This document shows positions 51,531 through 64,000 of a stretch of DNA of 64,000 nt, piece after piece. Each line of letters starts with the position of its first letter. Position 1 is the first letter of the stretch. The notes beneath the pieces are model-generated. The model saw only the letters and a program-made list of their open reading frames with translations, was not told where the DNA came from and did no database searches. The DNA comes from Antedon mediterranea (lineage: Eukaryota > Animalia > Echinodermata). The position numbers were made by a program, and so were the translations under genes. Location: NCBI RefSeq assembly GCF_964355755.1, contig NC_092673.1, positions 124,001 through 188,000 on the forward strand, read 5' to 3'.

Positions 51531-54500
51531 CTAGATGCTCTTAGAAAGCTGTCGTCGTGTCGTCGAGACGATCACCCGGATGTATTCCAACGTTTCATTA
51601 GTAATTTTGCTCAAGTGGTGAGCTCATTATTAGTAAAAATAGTTCTCGATACAATTTACAATACAAAAAAAAATCAATCACGTTTAGTTTAGTTCTTACT
51701 GTTAGGTGACAAAAGCAAGACAGACAATAATTATATTTGATCATTATTTCATAGAACGAGGACGCCTGGAGGATCTCTCATCTACGCTTTTTAATGTTGT
51801 ATCATTTATTCGTTTATTGAATATCGCCACAGTTATTACAAAATAAACTACAAATCTTACATACGATATCTTATATACCAATAGAATATGCTAATCATTT
51901 CAGGTCAAATATTGTTGGTAATTAGAAATCAATAACACGTTCTCATGTTTATTCTTTGGCTTTTTAAAGCCAAAATTAAAATAGTTTTGTTTGTTTTTGG
52001 AGAAAGGGTTAAGGGTGCGGGCGGGGGCGTGCTGTCATTAGATACGTCATTGTTTTACTATTGTATGCGATTATGACGTCACATTTAATTTGAATCGGGT
52101 TAAAAGTAATTCGAATATAAGTTTAAAGTATTAATCTTAATTGTTGTATAATCCACGAGGCATTAGTTGTTTATATACATAATCACCATGGGATATTTAG
52201 TAACATTAACAAAATTAGGAGTTAACTTTTTGTTTACTTCTACGAATAGAATGATATATTTTAACGGCCACCGCAAAAGTTGGTTCTGTTTTTAAAAATC
52301 TTGTTTTAATGTAGACCCAGCGTATGTATGCATACTATGCCATTTTATTTATTATACAGCACTTGAACCAGCGTTCAATACAATTTCGGTTTGATTACCA
52401 CCAAGAATTATTACTCCATAAACTTGGAAGCCGCTAAATAATTTAGTTTTAAATGCGATATTAAAAGGCATGGCTAAATGTACCGTCTGAAATGAAAAAT
52501 ATTCTAGGTTTCAAAACTAATAATCAGACGAACATTGAGTAATAAGAGACACGAGGTAGTGTGTCTACACTTGTCGTATCCTAATCATTTGGCTACCAAG
52601 TCGGAAAAAACATCGAAACATGTTTCGAATCATCTATGAAGATAATCAAACAGATTCCGTGGTTTCTCCTCCTGACAAACACGTCATCACTTCCTAAAAC
52701 ATTTTTGTTTGAGCAAAGTATATGTCATCCGTGGGCCTGTATGATGATACAATTAACAATGTTGCTGCTCATGTATATTAGTGACCAATCATATTTGTTT
52801 CGCGCATGTGCAGTTTAACACAAGGAAAATCATGGTGTTTTTTTCGTAAACGTCGCTAGATCCAGAGAGCGCAGGTTAAGCTAGCATGAATGAATATAAC
52901 ACACAATAAAGCCTGATCGTTCAGCGTGGACAAACGTCTTCTAAGGTTTTTCTTATTGGAACTATTGCGAGGAGGGAAAAAGACGAGGAAAGTAGGGAAC
53001 ATCACTTTCGGCCTGCTATAACTTCAAATTATTTACGGTAAGACCTGTTGTATGTTGTTTTGAACACTAATGGTATTAATTAAAAATGATAATCACAAAA
53101 TAACCTTTATTGCTTAGAAAACTTAGAAACTCCAGACAAAAATGTATAATACCTGTCGTCGATCATCAGCATCTTTTTTCGGCATATTACTAAACATTTG
53201 TCATAAAACTGGCATGTATGTCAAAGGAAATTTACCATTTTTGTCTTTCAAGTTAAATAAGATAATTTACTGTTATGCGGTTAGGAAATTGTGTAATCGT
53301 ATATTTCATATCGAATACTAAACCTGACTATATATAATTATTAAATGTAGTAGTGATGCATCAATAAAGACTACTAAAAGATTTGTCGCGTGCCAGGATT
53401 TACATAAGGTGGTTCTGATAAAAGTATTACTAAATGCATTTAGGTACATGCGTTTAATGAATGAATAAAGTGGTCTTGATATAATCAATATTATTCTTGT
53501 GTATTCAAGAAGAGACTTTGTTGAGAACAAACATTTATGTTCAGTTCAGTAATTGATTCAAATTAGAACAATCGAGAATTTATTATAACATTTTAGAGCG
53601 TTTGAAACTGTTTCACAACCTGCAGTTGGACACTCTTGTTTCTAAGAAATATAGGCCTAATTATAATTTACGCACTTTCCAGCCTTGCCCTTGGATTATG
53701 ATTGACCCGTGATATTATAGGCCTAATAGAATGTTGCATAATGGTGTTTTAATCACAAAAATGCTAACTATCAATTTTACGTCTGTAAATGTATAGATAA
53801 TAGGTGCAATTAATGTTGGCCGTTCCTAATCTGTATACATGCAAACATTCGTTTTATAGGTTTATAGCTCAATTGTACAATCATATATTTTTTGTTTAAT
53901 TGTTTTTTCGTATTACCGTACCCTATACGACCCATTACTTCACGATATCAGACACACAGAAATATAAATTAATTCATTTTACAGTAAACAAAAATAAATT
54001 GAACATTTTATTCAATAATTCAAATGTATTCAGATCTCCCAACTTGGGAAACTGAAATGAAAATAACAAAATCAATAAAAATTGCATAAAAAACACAAAA
54101 TTTTATAGAAGCTTGAATAACAAATCTTATTTGGTTTAGTTTTCATTTCCATTCAGTAAAACATTAGGCCTCTATTTAGTTTATTTCTCATTTTGCATTT
54201 ACCTAGCTTTTAAATTTTTCCGCTGAGCACTGGTTCAGCAAATATTTGGGTAGCAGATAAATGTGAAAACATAAACAAATGTTCAAAACTTGAAAGTTTC
54301 TCCCTCTCAGCGCCATTGGGTAAATAATGGATTTGATATCTACTGTACGCGTTTGAGGAACTGTGGTTTACTTTAACACCAGAATGAAACGTAAGCCTTC
54401 GATGCAAAAATACAGCATTTAATCAAACGTCAATCAGTCGACAAATTTAAGCGAATTCTACTCTCAATGTCCACTAAGCCGAAAATCCTCTTATTAAGCC

Positions 54501-56481
54501 AAAAATCCTCCCATTATTATACGGAATTTTCCTTTTAGATGATGGTCACATGAAATCCATCGAGTCTAATCTGAGTTGCTAAACTGAATATTGTATCCTT
54601 CAAATATTAAAGTCGGCGTGTTTTTTTTATGTCGCTTTCTGTTCTGTTTGTAAGAAAAACAAAACTGGATTTCAGTGACTTATGAAATTATGACAAGTTG
54701 GTCAGTTTAGTGACTCAGTTAGTTTTAATTCGTTCATGTCAGTAGCGGTACATTTTTTTTGTCTCGCATTTTGAAATCCGTGTATTCGTCGAGCAAGGAC
54801 TAGAATCATTTATGGAACATCAGTCAAAAAGTGTTACTATTAAATTTCGCTCGACTGTAATATTGTTATGGTTTTTTTGCACCCTACTCATCGCTACTAT
54901 ATTTTACTTCGTGACTATGCCCAACCGTCACATAAAGTAGTTCTTTCAGTTTTGCTTGATTCCAAATTGACATAAAAGCCACCATATCATTTAACGGTTA
55001 AATATTTGCTTATAGAATACATAGAAATCTTTATACGAAATTACCTAAGAGGCTGTTATATACGAAACTCAAGATGATATGTTATTGCTACTTAGATGTC
55101 GTCGGCACTACAATCGACATAATTAATGCGCCCTCTTCGTCAACAAACTTATTTACTAGTTACCAAAACAAATAGATAACAATATGTTTGAATGTGCCTG
55201 CTATTTTTATTCTAATTCAGAAAATATATTACTAGAAACATCAATTCTCATCTCACTACAATGTCTTCATGGGTTATGGTTTTATTTCACACTGTCAACC
55301 ATCACTTGACGATAATATAGTAATTAAAAAAACATTGATACCTCTGCGAAGACATGCCATGTGCATATTATTCTTAATCATTCTCTATATTGACACCTAC
55401 ATTTCACAAAGCAATTCTACTTTTAAGAGATTTTTGTAGAATCAAAGTGTGTGTTATTTATAGGTCATCGTTTAGTTTCTTTCAACTTGGTATAGAACAA
55501 TATTTTGATTGTGTTTTGTGTTTTATCTTCACCAATACATAATCAATGAGAGAAAGACACCTGTACTTAAGAAAATCCCTTAGGCCTTGTGTCGTTGTCC
55601 TCAGAAGACGACTATCCTCAAACCTTCCCTTTGTATAGGACAATTATACCCCACGCTCAATTGTTGTTATCAAAATAAAATAAAGAATTGATGAGAATAT
55701 AATCGTATTGATGGGAGAAGTTTTTTTACAGGAAGTATTACGGTAGTCTATATAGTTATTCTTAATAGCGAAGTAAGGGAATTAATCAATTTCATTTAAA
55801 TGATGGCTCTTTGTATTGCTTGTTTGTCCAACTTGGTATTTATAGTCCTTTGAAAATGTTCATAGAAAAAATGAACACCGTATAGTCTGAAAACATATGA
55901 AATTGATGTTTTAATTTCATTAAAAAAAGTTATTGTATCATTAAAAAAATGCGATTGTAATTTCTTCTGCGTTCATATTTATATTGACATTAATAATTAT
56001 TGGCCACTGGAACACTACTAAACCTAAAATGTTCCTAAGGTACATGCGTAATTATATTACCAATTAATTAACTATTGGTAGGCCTACTGATGGTATACAA
56101 AATAACTCTTTTTTTTAGGATGTTTATTGCCCTTATACAAGGCAAGTACTGTACAGTCACAACGCCATGAAAACAAGTCAACTAACCAAAAACTCCATGC
56201 TTCACACACATGTTTTATATTCCACTTCAAACTCTCTAGATTCATCATGTTTTACTAATTACAGTGATATGATATAATACATAACGAATTAGTTTACAAT
56301 TACAAATAAAACACCTGGGCCAGGCTACTATACAAATTACATAAGAGTCATCAATTATGGTTATGGCGATTTTGATAACATGCTTATTATTCGTTTGACG
56401 ATTAAATGCCTAAAAGATTTTTAATGAGAAAAAGAACAGTCACGCAATTATCTGTATTAATAACCTTCAATCAACTTGGCA

Positions 56482-56877
56482 GTGACACCTGAATATAAGG
56501 AGCGTGTTAACTTTGTGCGCATCGCGATGACACCCTAATAAGGAGCGTGTTAACTTTGTGCGCATCGCGGTGACACCCGAATAAGGAGCGTGTTTACTTT
56601 GTGCGCATCGCGGTGACACCCGAATATAAGGAGCGTGTTAACTTTGTGCGCATCGCGATGACACCCGAATAAGAGCGTGTTAACTTTGTGCGCATCGCGG
56701 TGACACCCGAATAAGGAGCGTGTTTACTTTGTGCGCATCGCGTCGCGGTGACACCCGAATATAAAGAGCGTGTTAACTTTGTGCGCATCCCGATGACACC
56801 CGAATAAGAGCGTGTTAACTTTGTGCGCATCGCGGTGACACCCGAATAAGGAGCGTGTTTACTTTGTGCGCATCGCG
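56482..56877. repeat. ~43-bp tandem repeat, about 9 copies
   Basis: Unit GACACCCGAATAAGGAGCGTGTTAACTTTGTGCGCATCGCGGT with indel variants. Confidence 0.92.
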
Positions 56878-57868
56878 TTTCTCTGAAACGAGACAATTTT
56901 AAAAATCTGTAAACAAGTCAAATCACCCTTTTATTCTTTCTCTTCTTCTCTCTAAGCACTGCGTGAATTAATAATCAGATTATTATATTGTTTCATCGGC
57001 TCGCATTTTATACAAAGTTATATAGGCCTATTTCTATATTTTTTATCATAATATTCTTTTCTTAATCGTAGATTAGAACCTCGTTAGATATTACTCCATA
57101 TGCACTCTATTCATCATTCATTTCACTACTAATATAGTTGCATAATTGCTATAGTGTGGCTTATGATAATTTTGTTTCAATGTAGGCCTATCAGAGACCA
57201 TTTAGTAAGAAAAAATGCGAATAAGTAAATAGGCTATGTGACGCTTTCAATTTTGGAATTAGCAAATCAGCATAGCATATAATACAGTTAGTATGTTTCT
57301 ACATTTAAAACTTTATAGTGGTGGCGACGCGTTCCTGGAACTTCATAGTAGAAACATTATGCTATATATAGAATCAGTGGTCTCCCCGTCTTCTGTCAAG
57401 TTATCATCATAAGCAATATTTATGTGCAGATTTACAACAGAGTTTGTAAATTATAGAATGACGTACACCTGTGAAGTAAAATAGTTTACAATTAGTTTTC
57501 TTTAAATTGAATATAATAATGGTTTTTAAACGTCTTTTACTTGATGTGTGTGGGTGATGTGAGCAGCATAAGCATAAACTAATACTTTGATAATGCCTCT
57601 CACACTTGTCATACATAATTCATGTTTGTTTTATATGTCTTTAATCGTTTAATTGTAGATTACTGTCTGTCCGAAGGGAGAACAATTGAGACATGATATA
57701 ACATTGCACACGGTACGCTTAATTAGGAAGGAACGAGCATTACAGTTAAGATGACGTGTGTCTTACAACTTCTTGTTGAAATATATACCAATTACATGTG
57801 TGTTTCTCCTCGTACAGTTTAACGAAAGTAAACGCCACTGCTCGCAGAGTCGGCAAGTCGAGTATAGA

Positions 57869-58151
57869 AATAACTTTTTTTAAATACATTAATAATTGAA
57901 TAATGAAATAATTGGGTGGATGTAACCAAAATGTATTGAAGTATGGGATTAAAACGACATAATGTTGATGTTATGGGTCGGTTAGAAAGCTATATTAAAG
58001 GTCTTTCTCATCTTACTCATGCCGTATAGAGTAAACGTAACGATCAACATTATGTTGTTTATTCGTTTTAATCCCATACTTCAATACATTTTGGTTACAT
58101 CCACCCAATGATTTCATTATTCAATTATTAATGTATTTAAAATAAGTTATT
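57869..58151. mobile_element. MITE-like inverted repeat (~100-bp arms)
   Basis: TAAATACATTAATAATTGAATAATGAAAT...GGGATTAAAACGA is mirrored at ~58060-58151. No TSD established. Confidence 0.6.
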
Positions 58152-59710
58152 GTATCACCATGTATACACAGTACATCATGTCCTAATCAGTGTGACAAGG
58201 AAGGGAAAACGTGAAGGCTTATTCTTTCCTTTTGTATAAACAAAAATTTGAAAAAGAAGTCAATATAGTGAAGACCGATATTAAAGGTCTTTCTCATCTT
58301 ACTCATTATGGTATAATAGTCCAAATATGGTGAATATCTAATATTAAAGTGTTTTAAATTGCGTTGTTTGTTATTGAATTATCTCGCTATTATGTAAACT
58401 GTTTAGTCATTATTATTCATTGTATTTATAAATATTGAGCACACTAATAAAGCTCTTGATACCTTTCATTCAATTTGATTAAATTAATTTAATTTTGCCA
58501 TTAATTTTCCCGTAACTTTTATCAAATTATTTTCAGCTTTTCAGAAAGCCATTTTAAAATTGTCTTTACAAGGTGGTATTTAAATATCACTTAATACGTC
58601 ACTTAAAATTGTGTTCGGTACGGTACATAAGCGCGCATAGGATATTGTTGATCTGTTTAGTGAATGTTTGCTATAGGTCTGAAAAATAGATTGAATATAA
58701 TAAAATAACGAGTCTGTCTCAACATTATAGCTAATTTAGATTCAGATTTATTTGGTCCTTGTGGAAATCCATGACAGGCACAATCGCTCACATAACATTA
58801 CAATAGCATACATAATATATATAAATATAAATAAAATAAATATAAACAAGTAAAGAGTTGTAATAAAGATACACTACACAAAATTATATACAAGGTAATT
58901 TAACAGTATTTGACATTAAAAGGAAAGGCGGGACGAATGAATTTAGATATCTTTTTCATCAATAAAAACAATAAGATAGAGATATATCTGTATAATCAAG
59001 GTAATAACAGGGGTGGGGGAAGAAAGAATATTCAAAGAGGATGGATTGACATTGATGTCCCATCAGTCATCAACCCCTTCGTTAAAACGCTCATTTCCTT
59101 TATTACCAAGGTTTGAACGTTGTATTCCTTGACGTATACACTTTAATGTTTACATTGACCATAACAATTGAATTTCTCATAATCGTTAGGCCACTGACGT
59201 CACAAAGTCAAATTATTTTGTTTGATGTGCATTGAACGTCGAGTCAGATCATGTCAATCACTCTTTAAACTATAATTTAAAATTTTCATCCGCGTTCACA
59301 CAATAACGATTGATATGACACAGCGTATGATAAAAAAATGATATCAAATATAGTTTGGTCTGGAAATTAAGCCAATAAAAACTTTGTACAAGCACTGGTA
59401 TTTTTGTAGATATAGGGCTAATATACAATAATGTTTTATGAATGTGTTAAGGTTGTGTTACGTCGAAATGTATTGCATAAATGGAGACGTGTACACTATG
59501 TCATTAATATGATTAATGTTTTACTAGGTTGACGTGTTCTACTATTTCTTTTGAGTATAATGTTGTAAACCAATTCTGATTTGGTAACTTGTATACCATC
59601 TACCCATTAGACCAATGTGTATGTGTAGCAAGCATTTTAATTTTACATTGTATACTGTGTGAACATGAGAAAATGGTACACTCTTGTTTTAGCTGAAGAC
59701 TCGGGTGAGA

Positions 59711-59744
59711 CATGGAGAAATTAGTCCTAACTAATTTCTCCATG
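59711..59744. mobile_element. 34-bp CATGG...CCATG hairpin, putative P-superfamily footprint
   Basis: CATGGAGAAATTAG-TCCTAA-CTAATTTCTCCATG. Flanks GGTGAGA / GGTGATG (5 of 7 match). Confidence 0.55.
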
Positions 59745-60310
59745 GGTGATGTAACCATATTCAAGGGCAAACGAGACCTTGATCTGTATTTGCACTATTC
59801 ATTCAATGTTACTGGTGTCACAACAAGATTAACGTGCCAAGTGTTGACACAATTATTGTAGCTCATTAAAGAGATGTTAGCTTGTTATTGATGGATGTAT
59901 TAATTATAAGCTAAAAATAGATTAAACTGAATGGCATCGATGGATAAAACGAATCTATTTATCTACCAGAACATTAAATCATGACTCGATAGATTAATAT
60001 AAATGACCTGATAACAGTTTCACTTATAGCTGTAATACAAGTAAAGCTGGAGTGTTATTGTAAGCAAAACAATCTTTAACATGTGTTATTGATTGAATCA
60101 TTTCGTTCGTGTATTCTGCTGTCTGTTCTATTGAACGTCTTACTGTACTGTCTGCTTATTCAACGTTCGATTTGTAAATGGGCACATCACATTTTTTGTC
60201 ACATAGAGTTTGATAGTGTAGACATAGAAAAACTCGTTCTTCAACTTACAAGATAAGGACAAATTAGGCTAAACATCTGAAAGACATTTTGTTTATTTTT
60301 TTTTCAGAAA

Positions 60311-60478
60311 ATGAAATCTAGCCAAAGTGCTTGGGTTTTAATATTCATTTGTTTACTAATTGTATTGTTGTGTCAAATGTGCTCAAGTCAACACCACACT
60401 ACTGGTAGGGATCGCAATGTAAATAAAGCTAATAGATGGAAATCCGGTAAAAGAACCCAACCATCAACAGAAACACAG
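60311..60478 (+). CDS. First coding exon of a neuropeptide precursor, corazonin/GnRH-family-like (partial)
   Basis: Acceptor TTTTTTCAG 3 nt before ATG. Signal peptide MKSSQSAWVLIFICLLIVLLCQMCSS, then QHHTTGRDRNVNKANRWKS-G-KR, then a phase-0 donor CAG|GTGAGT. Downstream exon not found in the window. Confidence 0.72.
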
Positions 60479-61759
60479 GTGAGTAACACAATTCAAACGC
60501 GCGTAAAAAGAAAGTCTCATCACAACTGCGATGTTATATTGTACCTTAAGTTACCTTACTAAATTTCAGATTAGTAATGCGATGTTGCCATTGAAATAGG
60601 CTACGTGATATCATAGTTGTATAAAGCGATGTTGAAATAGTACATTATTCACCTTTTTTCAAAATCAGCTCGTTTTCCTTTAGCTTTGTTCTTAATGTAA
60701 CAAACCGCATAATACTCTACAGTATTACTCTATTCTGGGTTGTTTAGAAGTCTGTCTTTCTATAATTTACAAGTTATCTCGCCTGATTGTCCATTTAATT
60801 ATTTATTGATTATATCCTACTTTAGTTAAACGCTTCGTAATGTAACCATGGTAGAATGTAATTGGTAGTTACATTTACTAATTGTTAAATGTAAGTTGTT
60901 TCACGCTGCTCTTAATGCTGTCCACTTTACGATATAAAGCAGTGCGATTGATTGCGTGTATTTTGAATTGTTTTTGATAGTTTCGAACCTTTCTGACAAT
61001 GCATATATACTTGTTTATATCTTTGATGATGGATGATAAAAATGATATACTACGGTACACTTCCTAAATATGAATAAATCATGAATATTAATATTATTAT
61101 TATTGATTGATTGATCACTTTTATTTTATAAAAAAACGAAAAGAACGGATTTTCTCCCATTATTGAAGAGATTTAAAGATCGTAACAGATTGATAGTTCG
61201 TAGTACACCACCTAACAAGATCATTTTCACTATTCAAAACTCTTGTAAAAGCGGGAATTCTCCTCGCGGTAAACATGTTGCTAGCACTACATTATTAAAG
61301 TAGAAACATTTTACAGTTTATTTGGTCTATTCCCCATTTGTTGGTTATTCCTTCTTTTCCAGAAAGCCTTTGGCAAAGTAGTTGTTGGATAAAGTGTCTG
61401 TATTGTTAATACGTGAATAAGAAATTGAGTTTCTAAGGATATTTCTTCAGAGGAAACGACCTTAATTTCCTTATTTACTAATAAATGAACTCCATACAAA
61501 AAGACAATGCTCTGTAATGTATTTCTATGGACTAAATAAGGTTAACGCCTTTGTCACTTCAAGAATACAAATCATTACGTGAGATCTGGTGTGTGTACGT
61601 TGATGGGGAGGGGAGATAGATATTCGATATATTACAAAGGAGATATTCTTCATTGTATTTTTCATTTTTCATTTTCATTTATCTTTTTATTTCGGAATAT
61701 CATGGTGACATAATATTATATTCATAGCAAAAGAGAGAAAAAAAAATCTTTATCTATTG

Positions 61760-62040
61760 TTCAACCTTGGTGTAGATATAATAAGAGCACTCTGAGATCA
61801 CTGAAAGTATGTTATAAGAATGCCTTACGTTTGCTGCTGAAGCAGCCTAGACATTGTAGTGCAAGCATGATGTTTGTCTTAAATGACGTCCCATCCTTTG
61901 ATGAGTTCATTAGAAAATCTGTTTTTAGTTTTAAAAATCGTGTGAACGCAAGTAGTAATTACTTGATCATGGCCATTAATCGCCATGTTCTTAATGTGTC
62001 AAGAATGCACATACAATGGAATGCTTTGTTGCATTGACTT
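61760..62040 (+). mobile_element. 3' fragment of a non-LTR retrotransposon ORF2
   Basis: WCRYNKSTLRSLKVCYKNALRLLLKQPRHCSASMMFV...SFDEFIRK...RVNASSNYLI resembles the post-RT C-terminus of CR1-group LINEs. No upstream RT. Confidence 0.6.
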
Positions 62041-62524
62041 TATATATTTACATATCTTTCTGCTGCATAACGCAATTTAACCGGTTATTTTAAAATAGAT
62101 TAAAAATAGATAACAATAACAAGACCGCGTTTCTGCTCAATTTGTGCTCCGAAATAACCGGTTAAATCTATGGGTGGTCGTCGACCAAAACGTCATCATT
62201 ACCCAAAATGCAATACACTCAGACGGAAGTAGAAGTTGGCTGTTTGTTTACATCGACGTCGTGAGTACACACGTGTGTATTATATCGCCAAACATCTCAC
62301 TCAAACATGTTAAAAAAATAAAATGTTGTCTCCAGGTCTACAAGTTTTGTTTTTTGTAAAGCCTACTTACATCGCTAATAAAATTAATTCTCATGGCGCC
62401 TTCAATAACATGATGGGGAGGGTCGTGAAGCGCCCGATCGCCTAAACTAGGATAATTTTTATCCTCAACAAAGGCGATGACATACGGCCCTTCCCACGTG
62501 AACGACTGTTGTCTTTCGCGAGCG

Positions 62525-63140
62525 CGGTCCTACAAAACACCAAACGGAAACAAAAACGAGACTCAGAATGTTGCAATACTTACCAAACGAGAGTAGATAA
62601 TTGTTAATTAATTATGAAAACCCAACTTTTATAGCAAAAATCGTCCGAATTTATGTTAAAAACGATGAGTTTAGCCACAAAAACTTAAATCAAACGAGAG
62701 TATCCAAGTCATAGAATATCGCACGCATATAGTGCCTTTAATAAAATAATGAGTATTGAACATTATTTCGTATATTTATGTACTAACATAAATAATAACA
62801 CATTTCTATGCTTAATAAAATCATATCAATTATCAAAGGCTCTGATTACCTTTGTTTTCGGTCGATGTGATGTTTTTCTAAAAAATTATATTATGTAAAA
62901 CGATCAAAGTAAGAATGTTCATTGTTCTCCTATTAAAGGCACTAAAGGCATGCCATAAATACGCTCGTTTGGATTAAGTTTTTGTTGCTAAATTCATCGT
63001 TTATAACATAAATTCGGATGATTTTTGCTATAAAATTTGGGTTTTCATAATTAATTAACCATTATCTACTATCGTTTGGTAGGTATTTGCAACATTCTGA
63101 GTTCCTTTTGTTTCCGTTTTGGTGTTTATATAGGAGACCA
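62525..63140. mobile_element. Foldback/MITE-like element (~180-bp imperfect arms) within an AACCGGTT-rich repeat region
   Basis: 62525-62703 is the reverse complement of ~62959-63139. The flanking region 62060-63660 has repeated TAACCGGTTA. Confidence 0.6.
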
Positions 63141-64000
63141 TCCATACCCTTCGCGAGCGTGTACTAACGCCTCAAATTGCTTAGCTTGGGTAGTCCCCGG
63201 AACTCCACCCCAAACTCCTCTTTTACTTTCGCAAAAATGCTCTTATTTATTATCTGTGATTCTTTTATATTCCCTGCCATCCTTCCCCGTACTTTCTCTC
63301 CCCCCACAACTGAATAACATATCTTGTGATTTCATTCATCCACATACATGTTCACTTCTTCGTTCGACTGTCAAAACCACGAGGAAAACACACATCGTAT
63401 GCGACGGTATCTGACCCGGGGTCACAACTGTCAATCAAATAACCGTTATTTCGTGTTGCAGCTAAGAATTGCTCAGCGATAACCGGTTAAACGGCGTTCT
63501 AACACCGATTTAAATTGGTGTTTTTAACCGGTTATTTTGCGCTGCCTTTTAACCGGTTACCACAAATGTGTCCTGTTTCTGCTGCCAAGAAAATGGAGTT
63601 AATTTATTCACACTGATTTTAATTTATTCACACCGATTTTAACCGGTTATTTAGTCTTACTCTTAGTAGAACATTTTCCAAACTCTCCATTTAGAGAGTT
63701 GGCCCTAATGCAAATAGATCGATATTGGCGTTTGATGTCACTTTCATTTGAATTTTACTTATAAATTCACAATATATTATAAGATAAAATCATATACAAA
63801 TCATCAACAAAAACATTTCGGTATGATATTGCACCGTTTTTAATGATAATATCAATGTATGCCACTATAATATAATCTATTGTCCACTTCTTTGTTTTTG
63901 TTTACTAACGAGATACACTAATCATCGTCATTTTCAATATTACACATGTTTTCATTTTAATCGACCTAATGTACAGTAGTTTATAGCCGGAAAGTACAAA

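Noticed and set aside
54199-54407. 65-aa minus-strand ORF with a nearby donor site
   Set aside because: No recognisable domain, and a stop precedes the donor.
49831-56896. Repeat-protein ORFs (CFIAYYGVNSLTST, ADTRESP, YSGVTAMRTKLTRS)
   Set aside because: Translations of 42-, 21- and 43-bp tandem repeats, with no splice or domain support.

Overview
AT-rich animal genomic DNA with spliceosomal GT-AG introns. It is probably an invertebrate deuterostome and most likely an echinoderm; this is inferred from a corazonin-like precursor, a Deu/Nin-type SINE and abundant TAGGCCTA. Hand-spliced gene models whose phases close: neuralized-type E3 ligase (+, 4 exons), BC-box LRR protein of AMN1/ZYG11 type (-, 3 coding exons), a class I cytokine receptor (-, 10 coding exons) and TMEM145 (-, 13 exons). 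There are also two tandem intronless genes for membrane-anchored macrodomain proteins (+) and one coding exon of a corazonin/GnRH-like neuropeptide precursor (+). Non-coding DNA holds nested DNA transposons (MULE-like, Academ, foldback), a head-to-tail Helitron dimer, a HINE, a tRNA-derived SINE, a decayed CR1-group LINE, LINE 3' fragments and many young tandem arrays. Most notable are the TM-macrodomain pair with homogenised catalytic domains, several 15-38 bp CA(T/G)RG hairpins with 7-bp duplications that look like P-superfamily excision footprints, the long corazonin-like peptide and the compact cytokine receptor. All calls come from reading the sequence; no searches were run.
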